Of a stretch of DNA of 20,000 bases, positions 15,901-20,000 are shown in pieces. How positions within the stretch are numbered: the first letter of the stretch is position 1; every line of letters starts with the position of its first letter. This DNA comes from an uncultured virus (IMG/VR IMGVR_UViG_3300028107_000045) (taxonomy: Duplodnaviria > Heunggongvirae > Uroviricota > Caudoviricetes). The stretch lies in IMG/VR virus record IMGVR_UViG_3300028107_000045; one strand, given 5' to 3'. The notes under the pieces were generated by a model, which saw only the letters and a list, made by a program, of their open reading frames with translations, did not search any database and had not been told where the DNA came from. A program made the position numbers and the translations under genes.

Positions 15901-18900
15901 CGGATGGTAGTCTGTTTCTCACCGAGGATAGGAACAGACTTATCGATTTTGGCAACTACAGTGTAAGGGAACGGCATCACACCACCGAGGGCTGTGTGTG
16001 CTTGTTTCGCTACCATGTAGACTTCTTGCTTAGTCGACTCGTCATACTCCTGGAGACCTTTGAACTTGGCAGCATCCAAGCAAGCCATGTAGGTCAAGAA
16101 CACAGGTTTGAAACGACCATTGAACCAAGTGAACACTTCCGCCAGTTTAGCCTTGCCGCCTTTATCAGCTGCGTCAGGCACAAACATACGGAATACTTCT
16201 TCGATAGGTGCTTCCTTAGACAGCGATGCTCTACCGTTACCAATTACAACGTATTTCTCCAACATCTGTTCTGCTTTAACAATAGTCTCGGCGAGATCAG
16301 ACTCTACATCAGAAACACCATACTGGGTCAGGCGCAGTTTAAGCTGGGTACCCTTGCCCTTCTGGAAGAGCTTGTAAGCACCATAGCCAACCAAACCAAT
16401 TGCAGCCGCACCAAGTACTACAGGACTGGTAATAATTGCACCAGCGGCCGTTAAGGCACCACCAGCAGCAACCATAAAGCCAGTACCGGCAGCGGTAGCA
16501 GCAGTACCCAACATAGTCGGCAGACTAAGGCCAGCCAAACCTGCCAGACCAGATGCCAATTGATAACCAGCGTAAACCTGTGCACCGGTTTCCAGTACAT
16601 TGGCTACGTTAGCTACCAGACCGTCTTCTTCCACGATACCGTTGTCAATCATGCTGTCTACGGCCATGCCACCCGCAAGGGCTACACCACCAACCAGACC
16701 TGCTTTCTTGAGTTTGGTACTAGGTTTACTACGGTGCTCTTTGCGCATCTCCTTACGTTTCTTACGGACTTCAGGATGTTCACCCTTGTTGTCCATAATG
16801 GTGTCAAGCACACTGGTGCCCGCATCAGTCAAAGACTTAGTCTTGAGCAACGTGAACAACCCTTTAGCAATAGCCGTAACGCCAGTGGCCATCACAGGGA
16901 GTAACTTGATACCGAGTGTAGCGAACGTCCCCATCATCCTGATTGGAGAGAACAACGTCTTGGTGATAAAGGTGGAGATCCCACCCAAGACACTTAACGC
17001 GCCACCAAACATGGTACCTAACAAACCAAACAAACCAGCACGTTTGGTGTCAGGTTTCTTCTCACCAAAACCGAAGGACTCACCGATGCGGATGATCGCA
17101 TCCTGAACCATACCGGCCTTTTTCTTTTCCTTTTGCTCTTCTTGGTCTTTAAGGGAGTTGAGTCGTTCTTTAGGTTCGCCAGGTTTAGGTTCTGGAGCAG
17201 GATCACCTGCCGCTGCGCGATCACCATAAGCTGCTGCAATTTTCTCTTTGATAGCTTCAGCAAAGTTATGCTTACGCATCTCGGGTGGGTTTGCAGCACG
17301 CTCTTCCCGCTTAGCAACCTCTTCCTTGGATGGACCAGGGGTATCAGGGTCAATACCTTTGTTGAAATCTGGCTCCGAGTCTTCCTTGGTTTTCGGTGCC
17401 TTTTTCTTTTTACCTTTCTTACCGGTAGCTGGTGCTGGTTGGGTCTCAGTATCACCCTCTGCCTCGAGAGGCTTCTCAACACCATCTGTGCCAGTCAGTG
17501 CGTTAACCATTGCAGCCGGGGCGTAACCCCAGTGTTGCAACAGCAAGTCGTAGATGCGGTCAATCGAGTTGATAATCGGAGTGTAGTCTGCTTTAAATAC
17601 TTCTTTCGACTTATCTACAGCAGCCCCACCGTATTGCAACGCACGGTCTTTAGCTCCTTTAAGGATCTCCAGACCCCAACTACCAAACTTCTTCGACAGC
17701 TTACCAAGCTTGTTAACCGACACACCCATCGACGTAACCAAACCGCGGTCGTAGTCTTCCTGGGAGATCAGCATATTACCTTCACGGTCGTATACTGGCC
17801 CGTCGATCTCATTCCAGCCGGTGAGCATTACTGCTTTGCCGTCTGGACCAACCTTGTAATACGCACCACCATCAAACGACTTGCCCAACAGGGTAGGTGC
17901 TTTGGCTCCTTCCTTATATACGTCCATCTGGAAGAAGCGTTTGGCTACTGCGTTCTTGGCAGCTACCGCACGACCCCATGGATCTACCCAACGGAACGCT
18001 TTGCTAATCCATTCACGCACCTTGTTCAACCCGCTAAGGAATACTTCCTTGTTCTCAGCAGTAAACAGTTTACCGGCTAACTTACGAGCACCAATGATGG
18101 TCCCGTCTTTAATGTCCTTGATGCTCCCCGTGATATCCTTCCACGACTGGATGATCACTTTCTTGGACAGGTCATAGTAGTCGCCGTCACGCAACTTCTT
18201 CGCACTGAGTAACGGCTCGTCAGAACCTTCCTCATAGAGGTCTTCATTGTCCTCTGGTGTTTTGGCTTTAGCCATCCCACGGATTTTGCCGTAAGCGGTA
18301 GCGGCTACAGCACCACCTGCAATCAACGCAGCAGCTTTAGGGTTATGCAAAGCATACCCAGCGAGACCACCCAACAAACCACCCAGGATCAGTGGCTCGT
18401 TCTTGAGTACCGTGTCAACTGCCTTGTTGTAGAAGTCTTGGAACGAGAACTCTTTGATGCGATCCATGATACGTTGCGTACCAGACCGCATGTCATCCTC
18501 TTCCTGCTTGTCTTTGGCTTTCTTACGTACCGGTTGATTCTCATAAATCTTGGTGAGAGTCTCGTTACGGGTCTGAGCCAATTGCAGCAGGTCACCAGTG
18601 TTCTTAACCAACAAATCCATTTTGGTGTTAAGTGGCTGGAAGTCAATCCCGCTAACTGCTTTCATGGCATCACCGAACCCACCCATGGTCTGAGCAAAGT
18701 TCTTGAGGCCATCCAGCGTTTTAACCAGTTCGTCGAACCCTTCTACCTTGACTGGAACAGTCGTAGCAGTAGGAGCAACACCAGCAGCCGCACCGAAGGT
18801 AAACTTAGGTACAGTGGCTTGCGCCAGCGGGTTGATAGGGTTAGGTGTAAACGTGCCAAACGAGCGAGTAGGAATCGGTCCTTGTGTCTCAGGCACAGGG

Positions 18901-20000
18901 ACTGACGACTTCAGTTCTGGATCAGCCAAATATTGCTTGTAGACTTCCCAGAACTTTTTCTCAGAGACTTCGTCACCACCGCCCCACTCGGACTTGGTGA
19001 TAATCCCTGCTTCCTTCATCGCATTCCAGAAACCACTATTGCGGTAGGTTTCCAGGTTAGCAGTAATGTCCGGCATGAAGGTGTCGAGCGACCGTGCTGC
19101 GTCAGCCATACCTGGGAGCAGTCTACGACCTTTCTCAGTAGGCATGTACGTCAGCATGCGCGTGCGTGTAGCGTCGTCACCAGCATGAAACTCATCGATG
19201 TGGTTTTGGGTAATCCCAAACGCCGCCATGATGGATTCACGGATTTGTTTAGCGGACTTCTTGGAGAACCCGTCCTCTTCCTCTAACGCCAGGAAGTTGT
19301 ACGGGTTGAAGCCTTGCTTACGGTCTACGTCACGGGTCAACTGATAAGCCAGGTCTTGCTTGGCCTTAGCCGACATTGTGCCACCACCCTCTTTGTCAAG
19401 CGACTCAGCCAGGTTAAGGGCCGAAGTAGCTTGCGAGGAGAACTGGCTACGGTCAAACACAGCATTGGTAACCGTGGCTACTTTCTGCTTGTCGGTAATG
19501 AAGTCGTCTTTAACGTAGTCGTAAGCCAAACGCTTGACGTCGTCACTACCAGTCCGGATTTGCTCCAAGGACAAGTGGATCATGCTGAACCAGCGTGGGA
19601 TCTCTTCGTTCAACGTACGGTCGGAACGACGGGTCCACAGAGCGTTTTCTTCACCATCTGCCAGGGTGCGGTTTTTCAGGTTGTATGTGGTGTAGCTAGA
19701 CTCCCACATGTCATCCATGATTGCGCCAGCGCCCTTGTTGTACATTCCACGTGCCATTTTCATGGCAACCCAGACTGCTTTAGGCATTGGTGGTTTGTCT
19801 TTCGGCAACTGATCTACGTAGTCATCGTAGGTCATATCGTCCAGTTCAGACTGACCGTGCTTGTAATGGCGGTGTAGGGTGTTAGCCAACTCCTCGCCAT
19901 TACCAGTAACGTAAGTGGCTACGTTACCGAGGTCACCGAGACGGATGTAAGCGTCGTCAGCCCATTTGCTAAGTTTAGGGAATTGCTTCTTAAATTTAGC
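12972..20000 (-). CDS. Giant tail tape-measure/cell-puncturing protein with virion-associated peptidoglycan hydrolase domains (phiKZ gp181-like); 5' end outside the window
   Basis: The frame stays open from 20000 (AKFKKQFPKLSKWADDAY...) through the TTG at 19889, so the protein is >2,340 aa. It contains Gly/Ala-rich hydrophobic segments, D(L/V)YxEG repeats, a GH19 domain (YETGG...VENL...GDGYKYRGRGFVQLTGKSNY...LNGG), an M15-like SxHxxGxAxD...HxH domain and a Pro/Gly/Gln-rich tail. Confidence 0.85.
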   Translation of the reverse strand, partial: AKFKKQFPKLSKWADDAYIRLGDLGNVATYVTGNGEELANTLHRHYKHGQSELDDMTYDDYVDQLPKDKPPMPKAVWVAMKMARGMYNKGAGAIMDDMWESSYTTYNLKNRTLADGEENALWTRRSDRTLNEEIPRWFSMIHLSLEQIRTGSDDVKRLAYDYVKDDFITDKQKVATVTNAVFDRSQFSSQATSALNLAESLDKEGGGTMSAKAKQDLAYQLTRDVDRKQGFNPYNFLALEEEDGFSKKSAKQIRESIMAAFGITQNHIDEFHAGDDATRTRMLTYMPTEKGRRLLPGMADAARSLDTFMPDITANLETYRNSGFWNAMKEAGIITKSEWGGGDEVSEKKFWEVYKQYLADPELKSSVPVPETQGPIPTRSFGTFTPNPINPLAQATVPKFTFGAAAGVAPTATTVPVKVEGFDELVKTLDGLKNFAQTMGGFGDAMKAVSGIDFQPLNTKMDLLVKNTGDLLQLAQTRNETLTKIYENQPVRKKAKDKQEEDDMRSGTQRIMDRIKEFSFQDFYNKAVDTVLKNEPLILGGLLGGLAGYALHNPKAAALIAGGAVAATAYGKIRGMAKAKTPEDNEDLYEEGSDEPLLSAKKLRDGDYYDLSKKVIIQSWKDITGSIKDIKDGTIIGARKLAGKLFTAENKEVFLSGLNKVREWISKAFRWVDPWGRAVAAKNAVAKRFFQMDVYKEGAKAPTLLGKSFDGGAYYKVGPDGKAVMLTGWNEIDGPVYDREGNMLISQEDYDRGLVTSMGVSVNKLGKLSKKFGSWGLEILKGAKDRALQYGGAAVDKSKEVFKADYTPIINSIDRIYDLLLQHWGYAPAAMVNALTGTDGVEKPLEAEGDTETQPAPATGKKGKKKKAPKTKEDSEPDFNKGIDPDTPGPSKEEVAKREERAANPPEMRKHNFAEAIKEKIAAAYGDRAAAGDPAPEPKPGEPKERLNSLKDQEEQKEKKKAGMVQDAIIRIGESFGFGEKKPDTKRAGLFGLLGTMFGGALSVLGGISTFITKTLFSPIRMMGTFATLGIKLLPVMATGVTAIAKGLFTLLKTKSLTDAGTSVLDTIMDNKGEHPEVRKKRKEMRKEHRSKPSTKLKKAGLVGGVALAGGMAVDSMIDNGIVEEDGLVANVANVLETGAQVYAGYQLASGLAGLAGLSLPTMLGTAATAAGTGFMVAAGGALTAAGAIITSPVVLGAAAIGLVGYGAYKLFQKGKGTQLKLRLTQYGVSDVESDLAETIVKAEQMLEKYVVIGNGRASLSKEAPIEEVFRMFVPDAADKGGKAKLAEVFTWFNGRFKPVFLTYMACLDAAKFKGLQEYDESTKQEVYMVAKQAHTALGGVMPFPYTVVAKIDKSVPILGEKQTTIRVTNYLTTLKTYLDRKTSKEDLQPVALPAGVKALEAEKKHLEEQLNEDGGSVAGPIRSKAKARIADIDKQLSDLNSSFKLGKQVQAVYIKDLLPDAKAMDLLTAIRLACYGNDQDIHWRIEAVLRLERYCESLFVSDGKEVVFRGDIGELFDIFRTSFRLKRDEGENWAKWFRDRFAPVMRNYVQLVNNYRKGNPGVVWKSLSVTARYEIAKALVDTQVHITSALVVPIWRVRSSPFLDSRSDDRPDKVDRMLKLLADASTQAKVLDPEKEAGKTNTQTWANAISPHKVGGGFTPHAANVQQPDQYKNKRDVVMGGQFGTNVSSGAGTGNIYSINGNYGTPENKYGYKALTGESDTSHLDMSGVQKDTSAKDSGVKVPRKLAEQLVIREMLKQGFTDPRAIAEMLALTNYETGGYNKTVENLKYSDPSRLMRTFKEVTSLAQAQQLVQMGEVAIGNVVYGGGKGKSLGNTEQGDGYKYRGRGFVQLTGKSNYAKTGQALGIDLVGKPELLSEDPNVMAAVAVDFYKNSKLLQSITQDGNFGRAARGLNGGNALPGMPERHKLYLSYLDQLSKGELKADEEAAASASADVVGSAPAPTAPPDSGAMIGGAGGTPPLGASGSGGQLDPSGGAAYGTPGTDPNTGQPGTWSQSGPNVPMGPGVQTGSGALGGGYTASTYGAGPSVDVDGLKVKSAETTAGGGHHPAIKRLGQLIMTNVQNFNRITALNDAWHKHNKPNSKHTQGLAIDFTLTNGAAGSDAAVAVVKGLLQQAGLTPNEFLVLNEYKRMSRGATGNHVHAGFQSVAAADKFMKASGGNATNGQDTTAGGGPVQPVEQEVASPPQQGVEAQAPRGMEDPAASPSGPAVPGKPNIPGPKPPQSGGNTVPQGGGSPFGTSPGAPYQQPNNGSYQPPAPPATRQPQAAPAPAPVDNGNVEQLLGALVAAVNQQGGSQSQLLAQIAKLIAEGNKGAKDPSQRVKV

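Noticed and set aside
15552..18080. Long plus-strand ORFs (300 aa, 315 aa, 168 aa) inside the tail gene
   Set aside because: These are shadow ORFs opposite a well-supported CDS, with no recognisable domains and a composition typical of antisense frames.
19887..19889. TTG start of the 2305 aa ORF, preceded by GAGGAG
   Set aside because: The frame is open to the window edge, and GAGGAG directly abuts the TTG (it encodes Glu-Glu), so it has no usable spacing as an SD. The true start is upstream of 20000.
1..20000. tRNA/rRNA genes, introns, inteins or stop-codon recoding
   Set aside because: Intergenic gaps are all under about 85 bp with no cloverleaf. The ORFs tile the window under the standard code, and I saw no intein or homing endonuclease motifs.

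Overview
The window is gene-dense (roughly half G+C by eye) and looks like part of a phiKZ-related nucleus-forming jumbo myovirus (Chimalliviridae-like, possibly nearer the EL/OBP branch, which is an inference). I read 15 CDSs. They include a UvsX/RecA recombinase, the split C-terminal beta subunit of the virion RNA polymerase (phiKZ gp149-like), an RNase H-fold protein, several virion proteins, a tail-tip-like protein and a giant (>2,340 aa, truncated by the window edge) tape-measure/cell-puncturing protein. The main points of interest are: (1) the RNase H-like protein appears to have lost all four catalytic acidic residues; (2) the giant tail protein carries two different peptidoglycan hydrolase modules in tandem (GH19 and an M15-like Zn peptidase); (3) a family of intergenic hairpins has a conserved CCCTAC...GTAGGG base and no U-tract; (4) a phiKZ-type early promoter (TATATTAC) heads a two-gene unit inside a structural-gene region. 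All family assignments come from motif recognition by eye. No database search was run.
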